DNA of 64,000 nucleotides from Candidatus Omnitrophota bacterium (GCA_050258455.1 JBLMYT010000061.1:41049-105048), one strand, 5' to 3'; positions 31,800 through 42,128 are shown, counted from the first letter of the stretch. A program made the numbers and translations. Notes: generated from the letters alone by a model not told the origin.

Positions 31800-33038
31800 A
31801 TGAGAGCCATATTTATTGCAGTCGGAAGCGAAATGCTGGAATTGGGACGCGTAGACACCAATTCCTCTTATGTGATCGAGAAACTGATGGAACGGGGCTT
31901 TCTGGTCGATATGAAGCTCGTTGTCGGCGATGATATGGAAAATTTGGTATTTGCGATCAAAAGCGCCTACAAGCGGACGCAACTCGTGGTCATTACCGGA
32001 GGTCTTGGGCCCACCCAGGATGACCTTACCCGCGAAGCCGTGGCCAATGCCTTGAAGCGTGAACTGGAATTCAGACCGGAGATCAAAGAGCAACTGGAGG
32101 AACGCTTTCAAAAGCGGGGCATGAAAATGCCGGAGATCAATACCCGGCAGGCATTTATCGTCCAGGGAGCCGACGTGATCCCCAACCCCAATGGCACGGC
32201 ACCCGGTCTTTACATCGACGAGGAATCGTGTCGGATTCTCATGCTTCCGGGCCCGCCGCAAGAGATGATCCCCATGTTTGATAAGATGCTGGAGGAGCGT
32301 CTCGGCCCGCTTTGCAATTACTTTATCTATAAACGCACGCTCAAATTCGGCGGGGTGACCGAATCCGGTCTGGATTCAGCCATTTCGGATCTGTACGTCA
32401 AGTATAAAAATCCGAGAACCACGATTCTGGCTTCACCCGGCGTGATCGAAGTGCACCTGCTGGGGCGCTCCAAGCGCGCGGTCGAAGAGGCCAAAGTCCT
32501 CACCGATGAACTGGCGGAAAAGATCAAAGACCGGATGAAGGAGGCGTTGATCACCGAAAAAGACATCAGTTTTGCCGAATACATCCTGGACGAGTTAAGG
32601 GCCCGAAACCTGACGCTCAGTGCAGCGGAAAGTTGTACGGGTGGGGGATTGGGGCATACCCTGACCAATGTTCCCGGTTCTTCCGAGGTTTATCTCGGCG
32701 GTGTGATCGCGTATTCCAATGAACTGAAAATGAACATCCTCGGTGTTGATCCCTATACGTTGACGCGTCACGGTGCGGTTTCGCGCGAAACCGCGCGGGA
32801 AATGGCCGGCGGCATCCGACGAGTCACCGGTTCGGATATCGGTATCGGGATTACCGGAATTGCCGGACCCGGCGGGGGAACACCGTCCAAACCGGTGGGG
32901 CTGGTGTTGATGCATCTTTCGGCCGCCGATGCCGAAATGGACGCTCATTTTGTCCTTTCCGGTTCACGGGAAATGGTAAAAGCCCGATCCGTCAATTCTT
33001 GCTTTAACCTGATCCGCGAATATCTCAAAAAGAAATAA
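31800..33038 (+). CDS. cinA: CinA-family protein (MoCF-like domain + nicotinamide-nucleotide amidase domain)
   Basis: IAVGSEML..GRVDTNS..VITGGLGPTQDDLTREAVA. C-terminal LSAAESCTGGGLG..GGVIAYSNE..LGV. Confidence 0.9.
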   Translation: MRAIFIAVGSEMLELGRVDTNSSYVIEKLMERGFLVDMKLVVGDDMENLVFAIKSAYKRTQLVVITGGLGPTQDDLTREAVANALKRELEFRPEIKEQLEERFQKRGMKMPEINTRQAFIVQGADVIPNPNGTAPGLYIDEESCRILMLPGPPQEMIPMFDKMLEERLGPLCNYFIYKRTLKFGGVTESGLDSAISDLYVKYKNPRTTILASPGVIEVHLLGRSKRAVEEAKVLTDELAEKIKDRMKEALITEKDISFAEYILDELRARNLTLSAAESCTGGGLGHTLTNVPGSSEVYLGGVIAYSNELKMNILGVDPYTLTRHGAVSRETAREMAGGIRRVTGSDIGIGITGIAGPGGGTPSKPVGLVLMHLSAADAEMDAHFVLSGSREMVKARSVNSCFNLIREYLKKK

Positions 33039-33060
33039 AAGATAATAAATATATAAACGG

Positions 33061-33792
33061 ATGTTATCGGACCTCGACAATTCAGCGATCACCCAGGATT
33101 ACTTTTACAAGAAAAAAGTCATCGTGTATCAACGCAAAAAAGGCTACCGCTTCTCGGTGGACGCCCCAATTCTGGCTGATTTTCTTCCCTCCCTTCCCAC
33201 CCAGCAGGCATTGGAAATCGGTATCGGCTCCGGGATTATTGCGTTGCTGGCCCTTCATAAAAAGAAGTTCTCCTCCATTTACGGCGTGGAGATCCATCCG
33301 GGACTGAGCCAATTGGCCAAACTCAATGCAGAGAAAAACGGATTTTCTCAGAATCTGCTGGTCATTAATGCCGACTTTAACGAAATTCATCGCGAATTCA
33401 AAGGAATCCGTCTGATTTTTTCCAATCCCCCCTTTTTTGAAACGCATCGCGGCAAACTGAGCCCGAACCCTGAAATACGAGACGCCAAAACCGAAACCCG
33501 GCTGACCCTGCACCAATTGCTGACCCACGCCTACGCCATCCTGGGGAAAAAGAGCAGCCTCTGCCTCGTTCTGCCGTACTCTCGATTCGATGAAGTCATG
33601 AAACTGGCCCCGCAAATCGGATACGCAGTGGCGCGATTGCGATACATTCTTTCATTTCCCGATGGAAAACCGGAGCGTTTTCTGGTACAATTAACCAATT
33701 ACGATGTTGCTCAACTCACCATGGAACCTTTGATTATCTTCCTGGAAAAAGGGGTTTACACGCCCGAGATGACTAACATATTGACAGGATGA
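33061..33792 (+). CDS. SAM-dependent methyltransferase, tRNA (adenine-N6)-methyltransferase (TrmN6/YfiC)-like
   Basis: YRFSVDAPILADF..LEIGIGSGIIAL (motif I), SNPPFFE (NPPY-type motif IV). Confidence 0.7.
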   Translation: MLSDLDNSAITQDYFYKKKVIVYQRKKGYRFSVDAPILADFLPSLPTQQALEIGIGSGIIALLALHKKKFSSIYGVEIHPGLSQLAKLNAEKNGFSQNLLVINADFNEIHREFKGIRLIFSNPPFFETHRGKLSPNPEIRDAKTETRLTLHQLLTHAYAILGKKSSLCLVLPYSRFDEVMKLAPQIGYAVARLRYILSFPDGKPERFLVQLTNYDVAQLTMEPLIIFLEKGVYTPEMTNILTG

Positions 33793-33805
33793 CAGCGACA
33801 CAACC

Positions 33806-34630
33806 ATGATTGAACGATTAAAAGAACTTTTTAAATACAGACAACTCATTTTAACACTCGTATCCAGAGAATTAAAAGCGCGGTATCGGGGGACGGTTTT
33901 GGGGTTTTTGTGGAGTTTTTTAAACCCGCTTCTCTTACTGGGCGTTTATACCATTGTCTTTGGGATCATCTTACCCGGAAGCAGCGGCAAAGTCGAAAAC
34001 GCCATGTTAAAGGGGATCGATTATGCCATTTTTCTCTTTACCGGAATTTTACCCTGGTTGTGGTTTAGCACCTCGACCCTGGAATCCGCCAACGTCCTTT
34101 TTATTCATGGCAATTTAATCAAAAAGATTCAATTCCCGATCGAAGTTCTCCCCATTATGGTCGTGCTGACCAACCTGGTGCATTTTGTGTTGGGAATCCC
34201 CATCCTGATTCTGATGATCGTTTTATTGGGAAAAACCGTGACGTTGAGCTGGTGGGTGTTCTTCTTTCCCATTGCCATCCTGGTTCAACTGGTATTTACG
34301 CTGGGTTTGGGGTTTCTCGTTTCTGCATTAACCGTCCATTTCCGGGATTTGAAAGATATCCTGTCCAATCTCCTGACACTCTGGTTTTTTGCCACTCCCA
34401 TTATTTACGCGTTTGCCACCGAGTCCATTCAGCGGCACAAGGCCATTGTCTGGATCCTGACCCTCAATCCCATGACCCATATTATCGAAGCGTATCATTA
34501 TTCCTTTGTATTTGGGAAACTGCCCCATTGGAAAAAGCTTCCGGTGACCTTTGCCGTGGGATTAATTTGTTTTTACCTGGGGTATTTGATTTTCAATAAG
34601 CTCCGGGACACGTTCGTCGAAGAGGTATAG
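33806..34630 (+). CDS. ABC-2 type polysaccharide/O-antigen exporter permease (Wzm/TagG-like)
   Basis: RELKARYRGTVLGFLWSFLNPLLLL signature, about 6 TM segments, adjacent ATPase gene. Confidence 0.85.
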   Translation: MIERLKELFKYRQLILTLVSRELKARYRGTVLGFLWSFLNPLLLLGVYTIVFGIILPGSSGKVENAMLKGIDYAIFLFTGILPWLWFSTSTLESANVLFIHGNLIKKIQFPIEVLPIMVVLTNLVHFVLGIPILILMIVLLGKTVTLSWWVFFFPIAILVQLVFTLGLGFLVSALTVHFRDLKDILSNLLTLWFFATPIIYAFATESIQRHKAIVWILTLNPMTHIIEAYHYSFVFGKLPHWKKLPVTFAVGLICFYLGYLIFNKLRDTFVEEV

Positions 34631-34636
34631 AGAGGT

Positions 34637-35905
34637 ATGGAGATGCATCCGGTTGTTGCCAATAATATTGTGAAGTGCTATAAAAAATACTCCCATAAGC
34701 ATAAATTTCTAACGCTCAAGAGTGCGTTGGTGAATCGCACGCTCTTTTCCGACTTAAAGAAGGATGATATTTTTGAAGCGCTCAAAGGCGTGAGCTTTCA
34801 TGTGGAAAAGGGAAAGACATTGAGCATTATCGGTGAAAACGGATCCGGTAAGAGTACCCTGCTCAAGATTCTCGCCGGAATCAGCCGGCCCACCTCCGGG
34901 GAGATGATCACCCATGGCCGGATCTCCGCCTTGATCGAATTAGGGGCCGGATTTCACCCGGAAATCTCCGGCCGCGAGAATATCTTTATCAATGGGATTA
35001 TTTTGGGATTAACCAAAAAGAAGATCCAGGAGCGCTTTGATGAGATTGTCAAATTTGCCGAATTGGAAGATTTTATCGATAATCCCGTCAAGTCGTATTC
35101 GTCCGGGATGTACATGCGCCTGGGATTTTCCATTGCCATTAATGTCGAACCGGATATCCTGCTCATCGACGAGGTGCTGGCCGTGGGGGATGCCTCGTTT
35201 GTCCCCCGGTGTCTGGACAAGATCAATGCGTTTAAGCGGGAAGGAAAGACCATTATCTTTGTGTCCCATGACCTGGCAACCGTCGAGCGGATCAGCGATG
35301 AGGTGATTTGGCTCAAAAATGGGGTGATTGAAATGCAGGGGTACCCCAAACGGGTCGTCGATGCTTACCTGGAATACATCGGAAAACGGGACCATCAGGG
35401 GGGAACCGACCGGGAAAAAGAAAAAAATGCCGAACCGGATCGGGAGAAGCGGTGGGGGAGTAAAGGGATTGAAATTGTGAATGTCAAACTGCTCGATCAA
35501 CAAGGCAAGGAAAGGTACATCTATGAACCGGATGAGCCGGTAACCCTGGAATTTGACGCATCAACCGAGGAAGAGAAAGACGATTTCGTTTTTGGAATCG
35601 GTATCTTTAATTCCGAAGGGGTTCAGTGTTACGGGAGCAACACCCTGATTGAAAATTATCGATCCCACCGGATGTCGGGCCGGGGGACGGTCAGGGTTCA
35701 TTTTCCGGCGCTCCATTTAATCAACGGCAGTTATTTTTTGGATGTGGCCGTCCACAAACGGGATGGATACCCCTTCGATTACCATCATTTTCAGTATACC
35801 TTTAAGATCGCATCCATCCGAAAAGATATCGGAATCGTCCGACTCCCGCATGAATGGGAGTTTTCCCCCAATATTCGATTGGAAAAAATCAAAGAAAATC
35901 ATTGA
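34637..35905 (+). CDS. ABC transporter ATP-binding protein (Wzt/TagH-like) with C-terminal carbohydrate-binding-type extension
   Basis: GENGSGKST Walker A, YSSGMYMRLGFS signature, LLIDEVLAVGD Walker B, and a ~170-aa C-terminal extension. Confidence 0.9.
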   Translation: MEMHPVVANNIVKCYKKYSHKHKFLTLKSALVNRTLFSDLKKDDIFEALKGVSFHVEKGKTLSIIGENGSGKSTLLKILAGISRPTSGEMITHGRISALIELGAGFHPEISGRENIFINGIILGLTKKKIQERFDEIVKFAELEDFIDNPVKSYSSGMYMRLGFSIAINVEPDILLIDEVLAVGDASFVPRCLDKINAFKREGKTIIFVSHDLATVERISDEVIWLKNGVIEMQGYPKRVVDAYLEYIGKRDHQGGTDREKEKNAEPDREKRWGSKGIEIVNVKLLDQQGKERYIYEPDEPVTLEFDASTEEEKDDFVFGIGIFNSEGVQCYGSNTLIENYRSHRMSGRGTVRVHFPALHLINGSYFLDVAVHKRDGYPFDYHHFQYTFKIASIRKDIGIVRLPHEWEFSPNIRLEKIKENH

Positions 35906-36046
35906 GAATTTTTTCGAATTTCGTCATTAATTAATCGATAAAAATCAGCGTACAGGGGGCAAATACATCATGAGCCCAAAAATCCAAATCATTTTTTATC
36001 AAAGATTGCCTATTGCCTTTGAATTAAAATGAGTGTATAATGCCGG

Positions 36047-37396
36047 ATGCTTATTCACTTACATTGGTACTCAAAAAAAAACACATCGTTAATCCTTCAC
36101 GCGATTGTTGTCGCATTCATTATATTTTATATTGGTTTGCTCTATCTGGCTGGAATGCCCGTGGTAAAGCCGATGAATGTGTCTCTAAAGCCGGTGGTTC
36201 CGACCCCGGTGATCGAGAAATCCGTGAAGGTCGTTAATCAAGTTGGGAAAGGTGACACCATTATCAGTGTCCTGACCACCGAAGGACTGATGGATCGTGA
36301 CCTTGCATACCGTTTTTTTACGGAAGTCAAATCGGTATATGATTTAAAACAAATTTGTTCCGGAAAAAAGTACACCCTTTATTTTTCGCCGGATCACAAG
36401 GCGTTGGAGCGGTTTCAATACGAGATTGACCCGGCTCGAACCCTGAATGTGGTGAAGGATAAGAAGAGGGGGGTATGGCACGCCGAGATCAAGACCGTTC
36501 TTTATGAAAAGAAGGATGAATTTGTATCCGGAGAAATTAAGGAGTCGCTCTTTGGCGCCATTGTCGCCGCGGGTGAAAAACCGGAGCTGGCCGATTCCAT
36601 GGCCTCGTTGTACGAGTACGATATCGATTTCAATCGGGATATTCAGAAAAAGGATAGGTTTAACCTGATTGTCGAAAAATTGTACTTGAATGGCCAATTT
36701 ATTAAGTACGGAAACATCCTGTCTGCCGAATTCACCAACCGCGGAAAAACGCTTCAGGTGCTTCGCTTTACCGACCCGGAAGGCAAAACCGCCTATTATC
36801 AACCCGATGGAAAATCGATTAAAAAGATGTTTTTGCGGTGTCCGCTTCCCTTCATGCACGTCACATCCAGTTACGGGAATCGGATGCATCCCCTGTTGGG
36901 GTATTCGGCCCAGCACAATGGAATCGATTTGGGGGCACCTTCCGGAACTCCCATTAAGGCAACGGCGTCGGGCATTGTTCGGGAAGCCGGGCGTAGCGGT
37001 TCGAGAGGAAATTTTGTCTTGATTGAACATCCCAACCATTACATCAGTCACTATTACCATATGAGTCGGATCAGTAGCGGCGTTAAGGTTGGAAAACGGG
37101 TGGACCAGAGTCAGGTCATCGGTTTTGTCGGAAGCACCGGTTGGTCGACCGGCCCGCACCTGCATTACGGGATGCAAAAAAGTGGAAGTTTTCTGAACCC
37201 GCTGAGATTGAATTCGCCCACCACCGAACCGGTCAAGGATATTTACTTTCCGGGATTTAAACTTTATGCGTCGCGGGTGTTCCTCCTGATGTCCGGGAGT
37301 AAACTGGTGAAAATACCGCCGGTATTTACGGAGGAGTTCTTTAAAGCGATTGATTCCAGGAAAGTCCTTCCCATGCCGAACGGTCGTCGCGGGTAA
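36047..37396 (+). CDS. M23-family peptidoglycan endopeptidase with N-terminal membrane anchor
   Basis: HNGIDLGAPSGTPIKATASG and GSTGWSTGPHLHYG motifs. Exact start uncertain. Confidence 0.85.
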   Translation: MLIHLHWYSKKNTSLILHAIVVAFIIFYIGLLYLAGMPVVKPMNVSLKPVVPTPVIEKSVKVVNQVGKGDTIISVLTTEGLMDRDLAYRFFTEVKSVYDLKQICSGKKYTLYFSPDHKALERFQYEIDPARTLNVVKDKKRGVWHAEIKTVLYEKKDEFVSGEIKESLFGAIVAAGEKPELADSMASLYEYDIDFNRDIQKKDRFNLIVEKLYLNGQFIKYGNILSAEFTNRGKTLQVLRFTDPEGKTAYYQPDGKSIKKMFLRCPLPFMHVTSSYGNRMHPLLGYSAQHNGIDLGAPSGTPIKATASGIVREAGRSGSRGNFVLIEHPNHYISHYYHMSRISSGVKVGKRVDQSQVIGFVGSTGWSTGPHLHYGMQKSGSFLNPLRLNSPTTEPVKDIYFPGFKLYASRVFLLMSGSKLVKIPPVFTEEFFKAIDSRKVLPMPNGRRG

Positions 37397-37474
37397 CGAC
37401 CGGAAATTTTTTTTCATTATTTTTCATTATTGTTTGACATCGTCTGTTAAATATAATATAATATTATTTTGGAT

Positions 37475-37551
37475 CGCGGGGTGGAGCAGCCTGGTAGCTC
37501 ATTGGGCTCATAACCCAAAGGTCGTAGGTTCAAATCCTACCCCCGCTACCA
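37475..37551 (+). tRNA. Initiator-type tRNA-Met (anticodon CAT), CCA encoded
   Basis: 77 nt, folded by hand. Acceptor CGCGGGG/CCCCGCT with a C1-U72 mismatch. D stem GAGC/GCTC. Anticodon stem TTGGG/CCCAA has three G-C pairs next to loop CTCATAA. T arm GTAGG-TTCAAAT-CCTAC. Very close to E. coli tRNA-fMet. Confidence 0.9.
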
Positions 37552-37556
37552 ATATG

Positions 37557-37628
37557 TTCTCCTCTCTTATCTTTTTTCGAGTGTTCACATCCCTTCCCTT
37601 TTTAGCACTCAAGAGGAGAATACTTTTT
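37557..37628 (+). terminator. Possible terminator after the tRNA (interrupted long stem + T-run)
   Basis: TTCTCCTCT (37557-37565) pairs with AGAGGAGAA (37612-37620). An inner GAGTG/CACTC pair is present. Followed by TACTTTTT. Confidence 0.35.
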
Positions 37629-37698
37629 AATTTAATTCAGATCATTTAATTCCAAATCCGATAATCCGATAATTATAAATTTAATTGATTTAATTCAT

Positions 37699-38832
37699 TT
37701 AATTTCGAGAATCGTAATTTTTCTCGATCCATGACCGGTAGTCGCCGGATCGGACGCGTTCGATCCAGGGGGTATGATTCAAATACCATTGCACGGTCTC
37801 TCTCAATCCGGTATTAAAATCGATGGACGGCTTCCAATTGAGTTCCTGTTTGATTTTATCGCAGTTGACCGCGTACCGGCGGTCATGACCGGGGCGGTCC
37901 TTGACAAAGGTGATCAAGTCGTTGTACCGTTGAATGGGGCGGTTGGTTGGAATCGGAAGGAGCGTTTCGAGAATATCGGTTATCTTCTGGATGACGGCAA
38001 TATTGGATTGTTCATTTTCCCCACCGATATTGTAGGTTTCCCCGAGTGTTCCGTTTCGGATAATGGCGTAGATGGCCGCGCAGTGATCGTCGACATAAAG
38101 CCAATCTCGGACATTCATTCCGTCGCCGTAAACCGGGAGTTTTTTTCCTTCGATCGCATTGAGAATCATCAGGGGAATCAATTTTTCGGGAAACTGATAC
38201 GGACCGTAATTATTGGAACAATTGGAGAGGGTAATGGGTAAGTGGTACGTATGGAAATAGGCCTTGACCAGGTGATCGGAAGAGGCTTTGGAGGCCGAGT
38301 ACGGGCTTCGGGGATCATAGGGGGTGGATTCGAAAAAGTGGCCGGTATCGCCCAGGCTTCCATAGACCTCATCGGTCGAGATATGATGAAAGAGGGCATT
38401 TGTCATTTCGGTGCTTAACCAATGTTTTCGGGCGCCTTCCAGGAGTGAGAATGTGCCGAGGATATTGGTTTGAATAAAATCCGCGGGTCCGTGAATCGAT
38501 CGGTCCACGTGGGATTCGGCGGCGAAATGGATCACGGTATCGATATCGTATCGGGAAAAGATGTCCCGGATAGACGAAATGTCGCAAATATCCATCCGAT
38601 GAAAGAAATAACGTTTGAAGCCGTCGGGGCCATATATGCGTTCGATTTCCGATAAATTGTCGAGGTTTCCGGCGTAGGTGAGTTTATCGATATTTATAAT
38701 TGTTCCCTGGAAATCGGGTTGTTTGAACAGATAATGAATAAAATTACTTCCGATGAATCCGGCGCCGCCCGTGACCAGAACGGCGTGGGGGGAGCGTTGA
38801 AACGAGCATACGCGGTGTTTGAACTCTGTCAT
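37699..38832 (-). CDS. rfbB: dTDP-glucose 4,6-dehydratase
   Basis: VTGGAGFIGSNF, LTYAGN, HFAAESHVDRSI, SPYSASKASSDHLVKAY, CSNNYGPYQFPEKLIPL, DRPGHDRRYA. Confidence 0.95.
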   Translation of the reverse strand: MTEFKHRVCSFQRSPHAVLVTGGAGFIGSNFIHYLFKQPDFQGTIINIDKLTYAGNLDNLSEIERIYGPDGFKRYFFHRMDICDISSIRDIFSRYDIDTVIHFAAESHVDRSIHGPADFIQTNILGTFSLLEGARKHWLSTEMTNALFHHISTDEVYGSLGDTGHFFESTPYDPRSPYSASKASSDHLVKAYFHTYHLPITLSNCSNNYGPYQFPEKLIPLMILNAIEGKKLPVYGDGMNVRDWLYVDDHCAAIYAIIRNGTLGETYNIGGENEQSNIAVIQKITDILETLLPIPTNRPIQRYNDLITFVKDRPGHDRRYAVNCDKIKQELNWKPSIDFNTGLRETVQWYLNHTPWIERVRSGDYRSWIEKNYDSRN

Positions 38833-38964
38833 GTTTAAACTTCCTTTTTGGTTTTAACGGTTTTAAAGGCTTGAAAGGTTTTAAAAAGTCATATTATAAA
38901 GCAAAACCGTTCAAAAATCCATGACTCTGCCAAATTCCGCTGTGTTTTAATTTTTTGAACTTTT

Positions 38965-38993
38965 TTGACTTTATTGTCTGGTAATGATAAAAT
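38965..38993 (+). promoter_or_regulatory. Putative sigma-70 promoter upstream of the M16 peptidase gene
   Basis: TTGACT (38965-38970), 17 nt, TAAAAT (38988-38993). Confidence 0.35.
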
Positions 38994-39060
38994 TCCCTTA
39001 TGAAAATGTGATTCGAATTCGAGATTCGCGTATGGAAATCTTGAAAATGGAGGCTCTCAC

Positions 39061-40299
39061 ATGGTGGAACGTACGGTACTGGATTCAGGACTGGTGATTA
39101 TTAGCGAATATATTCCGACATTTCCTTCTTTTGATCTGAGTTATACCATTCGGGGGGGATCGAGAAACGAAACCCTTGAGAATAACGGTATTTACCATAT
39201 GATCGAGCATATGCTCTTTAAAGGAACAAAAAAATACAATTTGCGAGATATTGCCGATATTTCGGACCGCCTGGGCGGAAAACTCGACGCGTACACGGGG
39301 AAGGAGACGACCCATTTTCGGATTAAGGCCGTGGACGAGTATCTGGAACTCTCTTTTGATTTGTTAACGGATATGATGAAAAATTCGATTTTTCCACCGG
39401 ATGAATTTGAAAAAGAAAAGAATGTGATCCTGCAAGAAATCCACGAAGCCGACGACAGCCCGGATGAGAACGCCTTTGAAACGTTTTATGAGCGAGTGTT
39501 CGGCCGAAATGGGCTGGCTTACCCGGTCGGCGGAAAAATTGAAAGTGTTTCGGCCTTTAAACGGGATGCCGTCTTTGAGTTTTATAAAAAGGTCTATACT
39601 CCCGATAACATGCTCCTGGCAACGATCGGAAAAGCGCCCCATGAGCAAATCGTGGCCATGGCACAACAGGCGTTTAGCGATTATCCATCCAAAAAACCGG
39701 CCAATTTTGTCTTTGATTCCCCGCAGATCCAGCATTCCTCGTTTAGTAAACAAAATAATTCCTTGAACCAGGTATACGTGATCATCGGGTTTGACGGGTT
39801 AAGTATGACGGCGCCCCTTCGTCATCGGTACATGATTTTAAACGATATATTGGGTGCGGGTATGAGTTCCCGTTTGTTTCAGCGAATCCGAGAAGAAAAG
39901 GGGCTCTCCTATACCATCAGTTCCTTTAACGACGCTTACCAGGATTGCGGCCTTCACGTCGTTTATTCGACCGTTGAGCCGATGAAAGTCAACGAGTATC
40001 AAACGGCTGTAAATGACGAAATTGCGCGATTAAAAAGCGACGGGATTACCGAAGAGGAATTAAAACGAGCCAAGGATTCCATCAAATCTTCGATCATTCT
40101 GGGGTTCGAAAGTCGGATGACCAAATTGCGCTTTAATGTGAATAACGAGCTGTTTATAAAGAAAAATTTATCCCTTGAAGAAATTATTACCAATATCAAT
40201 GAGACAACCGTCGACGATATCAATCGGCTCTTTAACGAGCATCTTGATCTCGATCATATGTCGGTCTTCCTTTATGGGGATTTGAGAAAACGAAAATAA
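39061..40299 (+). CDS. M16-family (pitrilysin/insulinase-like) zinc peptidase
   Basis: HMIEHMLFKGT (HxxEH) and a typical M16 two-domain length. Confidence 0.85.
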   Translation: MVERTVLDSGLVIISEYIPTFPSFDLSYTIRGGSRNETLENNGIYHMIEHMLFKGTKKYNLRDIADISDRLGGKLDAYTGKETTHFRIKAVDEYLELSFDLLTDMMKNSIFPPDEFEKEKNVILQEIHEADDSPDENAFETFYERVFGRNGLAYPVGGKIESVSAFKRDAVFEFYKKVYTPDNMLLATIGKAPHEQIVAMAQQAFSDYPSKKPANFVFDSPQIQHSSFSKQNNSLNQVYVIIGFDGLSMTAPLRHRYMILNDILGAGMSSRLFQRIREEKGLSYTISSFNDAYQDCGLHVVYSTVEPMKVNEYQTAVNDEIARLKSDGITEEELKRAKDSIKSSIILGFESRMTKLRFNVNNELFIKKNLSLEEIITNINETTVDDINRLFNEHLDLDHMSVFLYGDLRKRK

Positions 40300-42117
40300 T
40301 CAGAGCGAGCGCACCGGTCGCACGTACACGTTGTTACCGGGGTCCACTTTGTTCACATCTCCACTGAAAAAATCGATCACCCACAGTTTTTTTCGCTCAA
40401 ACGTATCCCCGGTCCAGATGTAGCGTTGGTCGGAGAAAAAAAGCGGATCAATGAACAAACCGTCACTCGATTCGGCACCTTCCATCAAGGATTCCAGTTC
40501 TTCCAGGGTGGGAAACCGCCAGTTGGAGTAGCCGACATATCCCTGTTGGTTTAACTCCGCCAGCCATTTTTTCGCTCGGGCCCAATTTAAGGATTGTTCG
40601 GATCCGGCTTGATGCCACATCAAACCGGTGGTCCGGTCAATCACGGCTTTCTCTTTCTTTACGGTGATTAATTCGAAATTATTTTTAAATTTTCCATCTT
40701 TATTGTAGTATTTGTCAAAGAAGCCGTATCGGGAGAGCATGGCTTTCACATCATTGGTTGTTAAATCCTTGTATTGAGACCGAAGGGTGATCGCACGGAC
40801 AGCGGGCGATGGCGGGGCAATGGCCGGAGACGGCGTCGGCGCAGGTTTTTCTTTTGAAATCTCTGCCGGAGTACGAACGGGGATTTGGGCCGGTTTTGTG
40901 GTACGGGCCTTGGATTTTGCTGTCGCCGGGCGAGGACGGGTGGGTTTGATGAGAATGGAGGGTTGATCGTTGGATGAATTTCTGGAAAATGGATTGAAAA
41001 ACAATAGAATAACGGCGATTAAAACCACAACCCCGACAATCGGAAGAATTCGTTTCACAGGAAGCGGCGTCAATGAGGGCAATTTGGAAAACCATTGGGA
41101 ACGTTCGGGAGAGGGGGTTTTTAATTTCGGGGGAGCAGTTGGTTTCTTTTGTTTAATGGCTTTTTGAGTGGAAGCCGGTTGTTCGGAAGGAACCTCGAGC
41201 GCTCGATGCTGTTGGCGTCGGTTTTCAGGGAGTTCATAACTCAAATCATCGATGGCCCGGATCAGTTCGAGAGCAGAGGAAAACCGGTTGTCTTTGTTTT
41301 TTTCCATCATCCGGTCCAGGAGCGGTTGGAAACTCGCCTGGTTATCGGGCAATTGAGGAATGGGTTCGATAATATGTTGATTTTCGATGGCAATCGGTTC
41401 ATCGGCATTGTAAGGGACGCTTCCGGTAAGCATTTCATAAAAGACCACCCCCAGGCTGTAGATGTCGCTGGCTGGCTCCAGGGGTTTGCGAAGGGCCTGT
41501 TCCGGGCTCACGTAGTGGGGTGAAAAGAACGTGAGTCCCTTTTTTTTCAACGCCTCAACGTGGGGGATGATGAGCTTGGATAAGAAGAAGCCATCGACAG
41601 CCGGCGTACCATCGGACCGAAACCGGATGGTTTCGGGAGTCAGGTCCATGTGAATCACGCCTTCTTTATGGGCGTAATCCAATGCCCAGGCAATGTGCTT
41701 GACGATATCGATGATTGTAAAATGGTCGAGCGATGAATCCGTTTCGGTATCGATGGCATTTGGTTCGGGAAGGTCGTCTCCGATTTCAAGCAAGGGGCTG
41801 ATATCCAGGGCATAGCAGCGGCTGATTTTATCGCGGAGGTTTTCCGGAAAATATTCGGTAACGATGTAATAATGTCCACCGGATTCCCCGGCTTCGAGAA
41901 TATTGGCGATATTGGGGTGAGTAAACCGACTTATTTTTTGGGCCTCCTTAAGAAAGCTGTCCCGAAAGGCTTTGTCTTCGAAAAAGAGGGGAGAAAGAAT
42001 TTTAATTGCGGTTTTTCGATCCAGATCTTCCTGAACCGCGAGATACACATCGGCGAATTTTCCCTGACCGAGTTTGCGTTCGATTTTATATCCGGGTATT
42101 AATGGAAAATAATCCAT
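40300..42117 (-). CDS. Ser/Thr protein kinase with TM segment, Pro-rich linker and C-terminal DUF1566 (Lcl C-terminal) domain
   Basis: Kinase: GQGKFADVY..AIK, IHMDLTPETI, DIYSLGVVFYEMLTG. TM: ILPIVGVVVLIAVILLFF. C-terminus: TGLMWHQAGS..NWRFPTLEELESL. Confidence 0.85.
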   Translation of the reverse strand: MDYFPLIPGYKIERKLGQGKFADVYLAVQEDLDRKTAIKILSPLFFEDKAFRDSFLKEAQKISRFTHPNIANILEAGESGGHYYIVTEYFPENLRDKISRCYALDISPLLEIGDDLPEPNAIDTETDSSLDHFTIIDIVKHIAWALDYAHKEGVIHMDLTPETIRFRSDGTPAVDGFFLSKLIIPHVEALKKKGLTFFSPHYVSPEQALRKPLEPASDIYSLGVVFYEMLTGSVPYNADEPIAIENQHIIEPIPQLPDNQASFQPLLDRMMEKNKDNRFSSALELIRAIDDLSYELPENRRQQHRALEVPSEQPASTQKAIKQKKPTAPPKLKTPSPERSQWFSKLPSLTPLPVKRILPIVGVVVLIAVILLFFNPFSRNSSNDQPSILIKPTRPRPATAKSKARTTKPAQIPVRTPAEISKEKPAPTPSPAIAPPSPAVRAITLRSQYKDLTTNDVKAMLSRYGFFDKYYNKDGKFKNNFELITVKKEKAVIDRTTGLMWHQAGSEQSLNWARAKKWLAELNQQGYVGYSNWRFPTLEELESLMEGAESSDGLFIDPLFFSDQRYIWTGDTFERKKLWVIDFFSGDVNKVDPGNNVYVRPVRSL

Positions 42118-42128
42118 GTTGCCTCTCC

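Noticed and set aside
36344-37417. 357-aa minus-strand ORF
   Set aside because: It is antisense to the + strand gene that carries unambiguous M23 peptidase motifs (HNGIDLGAP, GPHLHYG), and it has no recognisable motifs of its own.
37350-37649. 99-aa ORF
   Set aside because: It runs straight through the initiator tRNA gene (37475-37551), so it is spurious.
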